Origin: Elusimicrobiota bacterium
GTDB lineage: Bacteria > Elusimicrobiota > Elusimicrobia > UBA1565 > JACRDR01
Assembly: GCA_041694815.1 (NCBI GenBank)
Contig: JBGFSC010000004.1
Location: 1 to 64,000 of the forward strand
Direction: 5' to 3'
DNA length: 64,000 nucleotides
A model generated the notes under the pieces. The model was not told where the DNA came from. It saw nothing but the letters and a program-made list of their open reading frames with translations, and did not search any database. Below are positions 37,074-46,518 of the stretch, piece by piece (positions within the stretch are counted from its first letter, which is position 1; each line of letters opens with the position of its first letter). A program made the position numbers and the translations under genes.

Positions 37074-38723
37074 TTACTCGTGCAGGAAGCTGCCGAAGTA
37101 GATGCGGCGCTTTACCGTCGGCGACTCGGTGAGGTCATCGACGCTCTGGCCGCTCTCGATCTCCTCGAGGCCGAGACCGAAGCGTTCCTTGAAACTCGTG
37201 CGCAGCACGCGGCCGGCCGACTTGCGGCTTTCGAGCAGGTTCTCGCCCCCTTCGTAGAGCAGTACGTGCGAGACGGACTTGGGCGAGCCCGGCTTCGTCA
37301 GGAATACGAGATCGCCGGGCTCGAGGCCCTTGCGGCGTATCGGGGACGCCTTGAGGAACTGCTCGTGCGCGTCCCGGGGCAGCCGCAAGCCGGCGCTGCG
37401 GTAGGCCAGCCCGACGAGTCCTGAGCAGTCGACGCCACGCTCCGAGCGCCCGCCCCAGAGATACGGCTTGCCGAGGAAGGATTTCGCGGATTTAAGCACG
37501 GCCGGGGCGGTGGCCCCATCGGCGGGGGGCGCGGCCTCGGGCCTGTTGAAGGTCAGGGCGTCCGCGCGGGTCCACCCGGTGATGCCGTGCCAGCGGCGCG
37601 TCGGCAGGAAGGCAGGCTGCTCTAAGGCCTCGGCCTTGACCCAATGGCCGCGCGCCTCCAGCAGGCGCAACCTTTCCGCAGGTAGGAGCTGCGAGAGTAA
37701 TTCCGACCCGTCCTCGGGCTCGCGGCGCAGGTCGGCCGTCGTCCCGGCATAGGCCGTCTCCGGGAAGGCCGGCCCCAGAACATAGGCCACCCCGCGTTTG
37801 CGCTTAAGCCAGGCGAGGTAAAAATCCTCGCGGGGGTAGACCCGACGCACCGTCAACCGGCTTGGGGCGGCCGGGTCGTAGGCAACCACTTCCCCCTTGC
37901 GCGTGAATCCCGCGACGACCAATAGATGCCCGGGGGTCCTGCGGATAGGAGCTCCCTGGAGCTCTCCCGGCTCGAAGGCGATCGTGACGACAACCGGACG
38001 TCCCGCGGCAATCTCCTCCTGCAATTCTTCCATCGAATCCATCCGCGCGACGCGGCCCCGCAGCCCATGCATGGCGGCGTAGGCCACGTTGAGCGTCCAG
38101 TTGCCGAAGAGCCCCGAGCCGCGGTCGCGCACGCCGTCTGCTACCGAGATCGTCTTAAGCCGCCGTCCCCAGAAATCAAGCAGCATCGACAGCGAGGTCG
38201 GCGAGCATATATCGCGGCGGTAATTGGACTGCTCCTCCATTTGAGAGCGCGGGCGCAACTTGAGCTCACGTACCCAGGGGCCGGGCTTGAAAGGCTTTAA
38301 GGGCGCGGCCTCTCCTCTCGAATCCCAATGGGCGAAAGAGACCCGTCGCAGCCGCGCCTCGCCGGTCATGAGCACCCTGTAGCGGAAGGCTGTGGCAGGT
38401 TGCTTGAGCTCGAGCGTGTCGACGTTGACCTTGCCCCACTCGTCCTCTTGCTCTCCGAGGCTCGAGCCGACTCCTGCCTCGGACTTGCCCAAGCCGTACC
38501 AGCCCGAGGACTTCTTTCCGTCTTGGACCTGAACCTCCAGCCGCAGGCCGCTGCCGGAAGGCAATTCGGCGTTCCAGGAGCCTACGAGACGGTCGAATGG
38601 TGGCGCCCAGACGAGAGGGGATTCCACGCTTCCGGCACCTTCGAAGAGGCCATCCTCGAAGGCGAGGAGGGAGGGCCCTTCGACGCGCGCGCCCGACACG
38701 TCGAGGGCGGTCGCGTGCGTCAT
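37074..38723 (-). CDS. C39-like peptidase / SH3-like / NlpC-P60 fusion
   Basis: SQM...CSPTS...GHLLVV...YDPA; YLWGG...DCSG...HVLLY. Confidence 0.85.
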   Translation of the reverse strand: MTHATALDVSGARVEGPSLLAFEDGLFEGAGSVESPLVWAPPFDRLVGSWNAELPSGSGLRLEVQVQDGKKSSGWYGLGKSEAGVGSSLGEQEDEWGKVNVDTLELKQPATAFRYRVLMTGEARLRRVSFAHWDSRGEAAPLKPFKPGPWVRELKLRPRSQMEEQSNYRRDICSPTSLSMLLDFWGRRLKTISVADGVRDRGSGLFGNWTLNVAYAAMHGLRGRVARMDSMEELQEEIAAGRPVVVTIAFEPGELQGAPIRRTPGHLLVVAGFTRKGEVVAYDPAAPSRLTVRRVYPREDFYLAWLKRKRGVAYVLGPAFPETAYAGTTADLRREPEDGSELLSQLLPAERLRLLEARGHWVKAEALEQPAFLPTRRWHGITGWTRADALTFNRPEAAPPADGATAPAVLKSAKSFLGKPYLWGGRSERGVDCSGLVGLAYRSAGLRLPRDAHEQFLKASPIRRKGLEPGDLVFLTKPGSPKSVSHVLLYEGGENLLESRKSAGRVLRTSFKERFGLGLEEIESGQSVDDLTESPTVKRRIYFGSFLHE

Positions 38724-38759
38724 GGCAGCGGCCGGCCCCGGCGCCAGCAGCAGGGCGGG

Positions 38760-38794
38760 AAATAAAAATCGGGCGCGCCCACGGCGCGCCCGAT
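38760..38794 (-). terminator. Intrinsic terminator of the ferredoxin gene
   Basis: ATCGGGCGCGCC-GTG-GGCGCGCCCGAT stem followed by TTTTATTT. Confidence 0.75.
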
Positions 38795-38819
38795 GTTCAA
38801 GCGGAATTCCAATCGTGGC

Positions 38820-39134
38820 TTATTTCACCAGCTTGTTGCCCGGCTTGTGGGGCGGATCGTTCGGCGGTCGCGGGGTGACCTTGGGGTGGGTCTTAAACTC
38901 CGGGGCCAGTTCCTTGTTAATGGCGGCCCACTCCGGGTTCTCGTCCACCGAGCCGACGATCGCGCCGATGGGACACTCGGGCAGGCAGACGCCGCAGTCG
39001 ATGCAGACGTCGGGGTCGATGATCATGAACTTCTCGCCCTTGTAATCCCCGGGATGGATGCACTCGACCGGGCAGACGTCGACGCAGGCGGCGTAGACCT
39101 CTCCCAGGCACTTATCCAAGATGACGTGTGACAT
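38820..39134 (-). CDS. Dicluster (7Fe/8Fe-type) ferredoxin
   Basis: CVDVCPVECI, CIDCGVCLPECP. Confidence 0.95.
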   Translation of the reverse strand: MSHVILDKCLGEVYAACVDVCPVECIHPGDYKGEKFMIIDPDVCIDCGVCLPECPIGAIVGSVDENPEWAAINKELAPEFKTHPKVTPRPPNDPPHKPGNKLVK

Positions 39135-39202
39135 TCAGTTCCCCCTTATCCAATCGGCGAATGGTCGCAGGCCCATCAAATCTGCTAGACTCGCCGGCAG
39201 CC

Positions 39203-39547
39203 TCAATTGTTGAGCACCTCTTTGGGAGGCAGGCTCCAGGGCAATTTGCTTTCGTTCGGCGTTTCCAGAGGCGACGCGAAGATGACAGATCGGCGGCTCA
39301 CCCCAAGGTTGCGCCTTTCGAACTTGACCGAGTTGGTCCGCGAATCGAATACGACGGCCCGGGCCAGGTGGAGCACGCCGCTGTCGTCGCGGTCGGCCTG
39401 GCGAATGATGTCTCCGATGCGGCGGCAGCGCGAGGAAGCGGGCACGCGGACGACGCCCTCGATGCGCTCCGAGGCGGTGCGCAGTTCGACCCAAAGCTCT
39501 CGGAAGCGAAGGTCGGTTTTGTGTCCCGGGAAAGGCCGATTAGGCAT
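39203..39547 (-). CDS. Small hypothetical protein (DUF6812-like)
   Basis: VELRT...IEGVVRVP...RIGDII...LARAVV pattern; -10 TACAAT upstream. Confidence 0.55.
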   Translation of the reverse strand: MPNRPFPGHKTDLRFRELWVELRTASERIEGVVRVPASSRCRRIGDIIRQADRDDSGVLHLARAVVFDSRTNSVKFERRNLGVSRRSVIFASPLETPNESKLPWSLPPKEVLNN

Positions 39548-39562
39548 GGGTACTCGCTCTCA

Positions 39563-40975
39563 ATGAATTGTAACTATTTCGTCCAAAGGAGTCAATGTCG
39601 GGCTTGGGCGGGGCTCTGCGCCCTGTGGCTCTCCGGAGCCGCCTGGGGCGGCGAGAGCCTCTACCAGCAGTCAGGAAGCTTTTTGCGTAGCGCGCAAGGC
39701 ATTCCCTGGCGCCTGTCGGGCGCCACCTCGCTCAACTGGCGCAACGTAGGCCCCCGGGAGCCCGGCTTCGAGACCCAAATACAGAACGAGGTGTTCTTCG
39801 CCGACACCTATTTCGCCTTCCTAGGGCCGGCCTTAGACGGGGTCCCGTTTCGCATGGAGTTCCAAATGCCGGTGGGCTCCCAGGGGCAGCCTAATCTCTA
39901 CCAGTTTTTTTTCCAATATAAGCGCCTAGATAACTGGGATTTCTATTTCGGGAAATTCCTCGTGCCCTTCGGCCGCTATAACGAGCTCTACCGCCCCGAC
40001 ATGTTCTTGACGGTCACCAGGCCGCTGCTCTATTCCTCGCCCGACAGCCTCGACCTGGTGGTGCGCATCAACTCCCCACGCCCGCCCGTGAGCTCCGGCT
40101 ATGCGGACATCGGGGCGCGCATCTCCTACTACCCCAGCTGGAAGGCCTTGGCCGTCCCATCGGAGATGACCTTCTTCGTGGTTAACGGGCTCAGCGAGGC
40201 GACCAATCGCTTGCGCACCTTCCCCCGCCCCAATAACCTGGGGATCACGCCACCGCCCCCCAACGGGGTGTCCGTGGATTTCGGCCACGAGAACAACAAC
40301 TTGGCCGACAACAACAATAACAAGGCGATCGGCGGGCGCATCGTTTATTCCTTCGGCAATTTGGACCTCCCCTGGCCGATCCCGGAGGGCAAGCGGGACC
40401 TCGACGGCGTGGGCCTCGGGTTCTCGGCGATGGGAGGGCAGTTCGACCTCGAGGCGGTCAACAATTACCATATGGTCGGAGCGGATATCACCTGCGAATA
40501 CCTCGGCATCAACCTCTCCGCCGAGTACATGTACAGCTTCACGCATTTCCAGTCGCCCTTGGAGGCGAACGGTTCCAGCAATACCTTGGCGACCCCTAAC
40601 GTTTTAGTCCGGGATTTCGAGGACATCTATGGTTACTTCGTGCAGGCTTCGTATCCGATCTGGCGTAAGCCCCGGTGGGGTAAGAGGGTGACGGGGATCG
40701 TGGTCTATAACCAGATGTGGCGGCGCGGTCCCCAGCTCGACCTGTTCACGGACCAGACTGTCAACGGGACATTCTTCGCCTCGATCGCGGCCTACAACAA
40801 CCGGGCCCCTCGCATCGACACGCGCATCGACAAGATTACCTTCGCGGTCAACTGGCAAGTGACCGACCATGTCATCCTCAAGTACGATTATTCCTTCTGG
40901 GGGCTGCAGCGCGCCAGCACCCTGTTCACCACGGACATCTACCAAGGCGCGCTGTCGATCGTCGGCAGTTTCTGA
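39563..40975 (+). CDS. Outer-membrane porin-like beta-barrel
   Basis: GKFLVPFGRYN, DNNNNKAIGGR, C-terminal Phe; start uncertain. Confidence 0.8.
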   Translation: MNCNYFVQRSQCRAWAGLCALWLSGAAWGGESLYQQSGSFLRSAQGIPWRLSGATSLNWRNVGPREPGFETQIQNEVFFADTYFAFLGPALDGVPFRMEFQMPVGSQGQPNLYQFFFQYKRLDNWDFYFGKFLVPFGRYNELYRPDMFLTVTRPLLYSSPDSLDLVVRINSPRPPVSSGYADIGARISYYPSWKALAVPSEMTFFVVNGLSEATNRLRTFPRPNNLGITPPPPNGVSVDFGHENNNLADNNNNKAIGGRIVYSFGNLDLPWPIPEGKRDLDGVGLGFSAMGGQFDLEAVNNYHMVGADITCEYLGINLSAEYMYSFTHFQSPLEANGSSNTLATPNVLVRDFEDIYGYFVQASYPIWRKPRWGKRVTGIVVYNQMWRRGPQLDLFTDQTVNGTFFASIAAYNNRAPRIDTRIDKITFAVNWQVTDHVILKYDYSFWGLQRASTLFTTDIYQGALSIVGSF

Positions 40976-41901
40976 TGGTTTTCTCGGCCGTCGCGGCGTC
41001 GGCGCTGTTTTTATCGGCGCTGGCCTGGTCCTCGGCTCCCTCCATCGCCGCGCGGCCTTCGGCCGAGTTCGCCAGCCAGCTGCGGCGCGTGGGCGGGGGG
41101 TACCATCACGACGTCTACGAGCTGCGCTTCCCATCGCCCGTCATCAGCCGGTTCACGCCGAACAACACCGTTTGGGGCCATCTTTACGTCCCGCGGCATA
41201 CCCGGGGCCGGCCCGCCTGCGTGCTGCTTTTGCCGGTGATGGCGGCCCCCAACCTATGGATCGAGCGGCGCTTCGTCTACGAGCTGCTCCTGCGCCGCTA
41301 CGCCGTGCTGTTATTGGAAATGCCGTTCCAATTCCATCGGGTCCCTCACCCTGGCGTGTTAAGCGGACAGGTCTTCTTGGCGCGCACGGCCAAGGCCCTC
41401 TCCTTTAATTTCGCGCAGTCGGTGCTCGACGCCCGGCGGGCGATCGGGTGGTTGAAATCTTGCGATCTCGTCGACGGCGCCCGCGTCGGGCTTTTCGGCA
41501 TCAGCTTGGGCGCTCTGGTGGGGGCGAGCGCGCTCTCCGTTGACGAGCGCCTGGAGGGAGGCGTGCTCTTGTTGGGGGGTGCCGATTTCCCGGACCTCGT
41601 CTTCAACAGCGAGATGACCCGGGACTTCGTACGCCGCTCGGGCGTCGGCTTGGGCGAGATCCGGCGCGCCTGGAACGGGCTCGACCCGCTGGACTACGCG
41701 TCCCGGAACAAAGGAAAGAAGGTGTTTTTGCTCAACACGCGCGAGGACCTCGTCATCCCGATCGCTAACGCGCTCAAGCTCAAGGAGGCCTTTCCCGATT
41801 CCTCCCAACATTGGCTGCCCTTGGGTCATTATACGGCCCTGCTTCACCTGGCCTGGATCCCGGGTTACGTGAGCTGGCTGATGGGCAAGATACTGCTGTA
41901 A
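40975..41901 (+). CDS. Secreted alpha/beta hydrolase
   Basis: GISLG, DLVIP, LGHY; TGATG coupling to the upstream gene. Confidence 0.8.
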   Translation: MVFSAVAASALFLSALAWSSAPSIAARPSAEFASQLRRVGGGYHHDVYELRFPSPVISRFTPNNTVWGHLYVPRHTRGRPACVLLLPVMAAPNLWIERRFVYELLLRRYAVLLLEMPFQFHRVPHPGVLSGQVFLARTAKALSFNFAQSVLDARRAIGWLKSCDLVDGARVGLFGISLGALVGASALSVDERLEGGVLLLGGADFPDLVFNSEMTRDFVRRSGVGLGEIRRAWNGLDPLDYASRNKGKKVFLLNTREDLVIPIANALKLKEAFPDSSQHWLPLGHYTALLHLAWIPGYVSWLMGKILL

Positions 41902-41955
41902 ATTTTTAAATAAATTTGTAATACGCGCCGGGCCTCCGTCCTCTATACTTTTGCC

Positions 41956-43278
41956 GTGCGTTGGCTGCTCCTATGCGTAGCCGCGTGCGCGGCACATCCC
42001 GCGCGCGCGGCCATCTTCAACGACGTGCTCCCGGGCGCGCGGCCCATGGGCATGGGAATGGCCTACACGGCCGTCGGCGACGATCCCAGCGCGATGTATT
42101 TCAATCCGGGCGGCCTGGCCGGCTCGGATTTGACCGAGTTTGGCGGCAGCGTGGGGCGCATGTACTCGCCGGTGGGTCCTCTCTCCTTCGTGACGGCCAC
42201 CTATATTCGCCCCCTGCCACTTCGGCCAAATTCCGTCGTCGGCGCCTCGTTTATGACGCTGCGCGAGAACAACGGCGGGGACAAGGATCAGTTCCTGCTG
42301 CATTATTCGGAGCCGATGAAGTTGCCCCAGCTGCAGCTGACCCGGCCGGCGAAGCTCGGCGCCAACCTTAAGTTCATCAACCTCGACGGCGGGACTAAGG
42401 GCGAAAAATTCGGCCTGGGCCTGGATCTCGGGGCCGTGCTGGAATCCGATTTCGGCCTGCGCTTCGGCGCCTCATTGACCGACCTGACTATGAAGCTGGG
42501 CGTCCCCAACCCATCGCTCAACCTGGGCCTGGGGTACAGCTACGATTGGGTGACCGTCGCCACCGATCTCCGCGTGCGGCAAGGAGCGACCGAGTTCTAT
42601 CCCGGTGTCGAGGGGTCGTTCTTCCACGGCCTGCTCAAGGCCCGCCTCGGGAAAGGAATGCCGCTCCACGGGGTCAGCCAGGTCGCTTTTGGGGTGGGGT
42701 TCAATGTATCGCCGGTCATCATCGATTACGCCATGACCATCCCCTTCAAGGGTATCAACCATGCCGGCGGCGCGTACCAAATGACACTTAATTATAAGTT
42801 CGATGCTCCGGTGTTCTACGGCCGCTTCGTGGGCGCCGCCGCCAAGCAGGCCGAGGAGATCAAGATGGAGCTGCTGCGCTTAGAGGATCGGCGCAAGACC
42901 CTCGAGGCGCAGACCCAGACCACCGAGGCGGCCAAATTGTCGCTGGAGGGGGAGCTACGTTCGATGGAATCGCGCGCCAAGAGCCTGCAGGAGGAAGTGC
43001 GCGCCCTGGAGATCCAAGCCGAGCAGCTGCATTACAAGGCGGCGCAGCCACGCCTGCCGAAGGAGACCCCCCCGCCGCCGCCCCCCAAGCCCGCGGCTCC
43101 CCGCTTTCCGCGCCCTCACGCGGTGGTCCCGGGAGACACCTTGCGCTCCTTGGCGGCGATGTATTACGGCGACCCCAATCTTTGGGAGCTCATCTACGAC
43201 GCCAACCCCGACAAGATCGACCGCGGGTTGCCCCAGGAAGGAAGCGTGTTGACCATCCCGCCGCCGGTGAGGCATTAG
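41956..43278 (+). CDS. PorV/PorP-like beta-barrel fused to coiled coil, Pro linker and LysM
   Basis: GARPMGMGMAYTAVGDDPSAMYFNPGGL; heptads; GDTLRSLAAMYYGDPNLWELIYDAN. Confidence 0.8.
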   Translation: MRWLLLCVAACAAHPARAAIFNDVLPGARPMGMGMAYTAVGDDPSAMYFNPGGLAGSDLTEFGGSVGRMYSPVGPLSFVTATYIRPLPLRPNSVVGASFMTLRENNGGDKDQFLLHYSEPMKLPQLQLTRPAKLGANLKFINLDGGTKGEKFGLGLDLGAVLESDFGLRFGASLTDLTMKLGVPNPSLNLGLGYSYDWVTVATDLRVRQGATEFYPGVEGSFFHGLLKARLGKGMPLHGVSQVAFGVGFNVSPVIIDYAMTIPFKGINHAGGAYQMTLNYKFDAPVFYGRFVGAAAKQAEEIKMELLRLEDRRKTLEAQTQTTEAAKLSLEGELRSMESRAKSLQEEVRALEIQAEQLHYKAAQPRLPKETPPPPPPKPAAPRFPRPHAVVPGDTLRSLAAMYYGDPNLWELIYDANPDKIDRGLPQEGSVLTIPPPVRH

Positions 43279-43287
43279 GAAGCTAGT

Positions 43288-44442
43288 ATGGCATTGGTGG
43301 CGCTGCTTGGCTCAGATCCCGAATCGCGGCGCTCCTTGACCCTGGCGATCGAGGAGATGGGCCACCGCGTCTGCGGCCTCCCGACGCTGGAGGCGATGGA
43401 GGAGGCTCTCTCCGGCCAGAGGCCGCAGCTGCTCGTGGTGGCCTGCGAGGAGGGCTCCCGCCAGGCTGAGCTCGCGCTGGCGGAGGCGGACCGGCTCAGC
43501 CCTCTGCTTCCCGTGATCGTCGCCTTGGAGCGCCGCGACGCCTCGCGCGCGGTGGAACTGATGCTGATGGGTGCCTGCGAGGTCGTCCCGCCTCCCTGGA
43601 CCCGGGAGAACCTTTCGGCCTGCGTGGCCAAGGCACTGCGCTCGCGCGGCACGGGCTTCGAGCCGGTGCTTCCTAAGGCCGAGATCCGCCGCAGCCGGCT
43701 GGCGGCGGCCCTGCTCGGGGCTCTGCTCATGGCTGCGGGATTTTTTTCATGGTCGGCGTACCAGCGCCGCCTGGAGGCCATGCGGCCCCAAGCCAATGCT
43801 TGGGATCTGCCGACCTCGCATCCCTCCGGCCTCGCCTACCGCGAAGGGGAGCTCTGGGTGTCGGATTGGTTCTCGCAGAGCGTTTACCGCTACGACGCGC
43901 GGCGGCACGCCTGGCGCCGCGCGGTTTTCTTCCCGAAAGAGACCCCGATGGCCATGACGCTGAGCGCCGACGCCTTGTGGCTGGTCTCGACCCCTGGGCT
44001 GTTCACCAAGCACATGCTCGACGAGCGGCTGACGGCGCTGTCGAAGCTGGCCGATTCCCACGGACCGACCGTCGCGTTGGCATTCGATGGGCTCTACCTC
44101 TGGAGCGTGGACCGCCGCGCCCGCCGTATGCATAAGCGGCTGCTCGACGGCCAATTGACCGTGCTGGCCTCCTACGCGTATCCGGGTGTGGAGCCCGCGG
44201 CGCTGGCCTTCGACGGCAAGGGGCTCTGGTCGCTGGATGCCGCCAATCGCGAATTGCTGCGCCATGAGCTCGAGGACCCCAGGATCGTGACGCGCAAGCT
44301 GCCGCTGCCCGAATACGCGTCGGGGCTCTGGCGCCCCCGGGGCCTGGCCTTCGACGGCGCGTCCTTCTGGAGCGTGGCCGAAGGCAAGGACGCGGCACCG
44401 CGCCCGGGGCGCCTTTTCCGCCACCGGCTGCCCTCCTCATGA
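43288..44442 (+). CDS. Pseudo-receiver / TM / beta-propeller protein
   Basis: Receiver-like fold lacking the phospho-Asp and Lys; one TM; repeated LAFDG-x-LWS blades. Confidence 0.75.
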   Translation: MALVALLGSDPESRRSLTLAIEEMGHRVCGLPTLEAMEEALSGQRPQLLVVACEEGSRQAELALAEADRLSPLLPVIVALERRDASRAVELMLMGACEVVPPPWTRENLSACVAKALRSRGTGFEPVLPKAEIRRSRLAAALLGALLMAAGFFSWSAYQRRLEAMRPQANAWDLPTSHPSGLAYREGELWVSDWFSQSVYRYDARRHAWRRAVFFPKETPMAMTLSADALWLVSTPGLFTKHMLDERLTALSKLADSHGPTVALAFDGLYLWSVDRRARRMHKRLLDGQLTVLASYAYPGVEPAALAFDGKGLWSLDAANRELLRHELEDPRIVTRKLPLPEYASGLWRPRGLAFDGASFWSVAEGKDAAPRPGRLFRHRLPSS

Positions 44443-44762
44443 TCCGGCGATCCTCGAAGACGCTTCCGGTGCGCTTTGATTTTCCTCCCCAGGAGGACCG
44501 ACAGGAGGGTTGGGGTCGATTCCTCGAACTCGGAGCCGGCGGGGCCCGGCTCCTGTCGCGCTTTCGCCTCGGGGATGGGGACAGCCTGCGGCTCGACTTC
44601 GAGCTTTCCGGGGAGACGTTCAACGGCCTGGCAGCCCAGGTCCGGCGGGCGTGGAAGGACGAGGACGGCTATTTCGTGGCCGAGCTGCGCTTTAAGGACG
44701 AGGTCGGAAAGAAGCGGTTGGAGAGAGTCCTGCGCGAGTTCCTCGCGCGCAGCCTTTATTGA
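44439..44762 (+). CDS. PilZ-like domain protein
   Basis: RRSSK...ELGAGGARL, AQVRR, AELRF. Confidence 0.7.
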   Translation: MIRRSSKTLPVRFDFPPQEDRQEGWGRFLELGAGGARLLSRFRLGDGDSLRLDFELSGETFNGLAAQVRRAWKDEDGYFVAELRFKDEVGKKRLERVLREFLARSLY

Positions 44763-45661
44763 CCCTTCGGGGGATGATACCAGGCTCCGCCGCTATTGCT
44801 CGTAGTGGACATGGTCTGCGCGTCCACCTCGAGCATTTTCGCGACGTAGGTAATTTCTTGCGACAGGCTCTTGGCTTCTTCTAGCTTCGGACGGGCCTGC
44901 GGGGCATGATCGTATCGGTAGGTGTTGGGAAGCTCCACGGTGCTGGTCGTTCCGTCCGGGTTGCGCACGGTGGCCGTTCCTCCAAGGGAGACAAGGGTAG
45001 GGGTCGTGGCGATCGTCAATGCCTCATCGGCGGCATCGACTGCTTTTCCGCTCTGGCCGATGAGCCATTGCGCGTCCTTGACGAGAATCGTGGCGTCCTT
45101 GCTGCAATCCTTGGCCGTCTTGGCGGCGTTATCGGCCTTCGCCTTCGCCTCGGCGGCGTATTCCCTGGCTTCCAGTATCCTTACCGTGGCGGCATGGCTG
45201 GCGGGTCCGTCCTGCTGCGTCGCCTCGATTTCGTCGACGGCGCGCGAGGTTTGCTCCACGGCGGCAGCGGCCAGCGAGGCGGTGTTGACCGAACCGTAGA
45301 TGGCGCTGATGCTCAGGCCGCAAGGGTCCGGCTTCGGCGCGCAGGCGGCCAAGAGCAGCGAGAACGCCATCATGGCGGCGAAGGCCGCTCGGAACGCGCC
45401 GCCGCGCCGCGATTGGGCGGCCTTGGCGGCCGGAGACGGCACCCGCTTGATCGCTCGGGCGCTCGGGGAGCCTTCCGGCTTCGCAGTGCTTCTCGAGGAA
45501 GCGCCGGCCGCCACCGCGGAGGAATCCGCCGCGCCGATCTGCGCGCCCTCGAAGAGCGGGCGCGAGGCGACGGCCTGCTCCTCCAGGTCGCCAGCGCGAG
45601 CGGGCGCGAATCCGGCGAAAAAGATAAAAGCGAGTGCGATCAGAAATCCGGACGTTTTCAT
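44756..45661 (-). CDS. Dual-signal putative lipoprotein, paralog 3
   Basis: Sec signal, EEQAVASRPLFEG, internal LLAA-C lipobox, DPC/DC cysteine pair. Confidence 0.8.
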   Translation of the reverse strand: MKTSGFLIALAFIFFAGFAPARAGDLEEQAVASRPLFEGAQIGAADSSAVAAGASSRSTAKPEGSPSARAIKRVPSPAAKAAQSRRGGAFRAAFAAMMAFSLLLAACAPKPDPCGLSISAIYGSVNTASLAAAAVEQTSRAVDEIEATQQDGPASHAATVRILEAREYAAEAKAKADNAAKTAKDCSKDATILVKDAQWLIGQSGKAVDAADEALTIATTPTLVSLGGTATVRNPDGTTSTVELPNTYRYDHAPQARPKLEEAKSLSQEITYVAKMLEVDAQTMSTTSNSGGAWYHPPKGQ

Positions 45662-46518
45662 CGGCTCTTTTGCGCGCTGGCCGGCAGGCGGGCGGCGGCT
45701 TGTTGGAGCGCGCCGACGCGGGCGAGAGACTCTTTCGATGAATTCTGCGCGGCGGAGAGTTCATCCTTCGCGCCCGAAACGTCGTTATTATAATGATCGA
45801 CGCGGCGATCGGTAATCCCGTCGTTGTCGTCGTCGTAGCGGTGGGTATGGGTCGCCTGCTCGTAGGAGTCCCGTAACGCGGAGACCGTATGATCGTTTTG
45901 GGCCACCAGATTTTGGGCGTCGGCGACGACGTGGGTCGCTTCTGGCGCGCAGTCCGGCGCGACCCCAAAGGCCTTGCCGACGCTGGCGCGCGCCTCGCGC
46001 GCGGCTTGTTCCGCGTTGGCTACAGCGGATTTCGCGGCCCTCGACTTTTCGTGCCGGTTCGCGCTGATTCCCTTGCTTAACTCTTGAACGGCCGCCTCGC
46101 TTTTTTCAACCGCCGTTACGGTCTGCCCAACGGCGTTTTGGGTCAGTTCGCATGGATCAACAGGTTTGCCGCCGCAGGCGCCGAGCACAAGGGAGACGGC
46201 CATGAGGGCCACCATGAATGCGCCGAAAAATCCGCGCCCCTGGGACCGCACTTTCGCCTCCGCGCCTGCCGGGGCGGCAACGATGCGCGTCCCGCGGCCA
46301 CGATCGGCCGTTGACGGCGAGGCAAGACTGGCCCTCCCCGCCGCGTTAGCCTCCCGTTGGACCGCGACGCTCGCGGGCGCTGCGGCCTGTTGTCCTTCAA
46401 ACAGCGGTCGTGACGCTACGGCTTGCTCCTCGATGCTTCCGCGAGAATCTTGAGCGGATCCGATGGACAGGCAGCCCATGGCCCCCGCGGCCAAGAGGAA
46501 AATTTTGCGCGCGTTCAC
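45658..46518 (-). CDS. Dual-signal putative lipoprotein, paralog 2
   Basis: Sec signal, EEQAVASRPLFEG, internal VLGA-C lipobox. Confidence 0.8.
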   Translation of the reverse strand: MNARKIFLLAAGAMGCLSIGSAQDSRGSIEEQAVASRPLFEGQQAAAPASVAVQREANAAGRASLASPSTADRGRGTRIVAAPAGAEAKVRSQGRGFFGAFMVALMAVSLVLGACGGKPVDPCELTQNAVGQTVTAVEKSEAAVQELSKGISANRHEKSRAAKSAVANAEQAAREARASVGKAFGVAPDCAPEATHVVADAQNLVAQNDHTVSALRDSYEQATHTHRYDDDNDGITDRRVDHYNNDVSGAKDELSAAQNSSKESLARVGALQQAAARLPASAQKSR

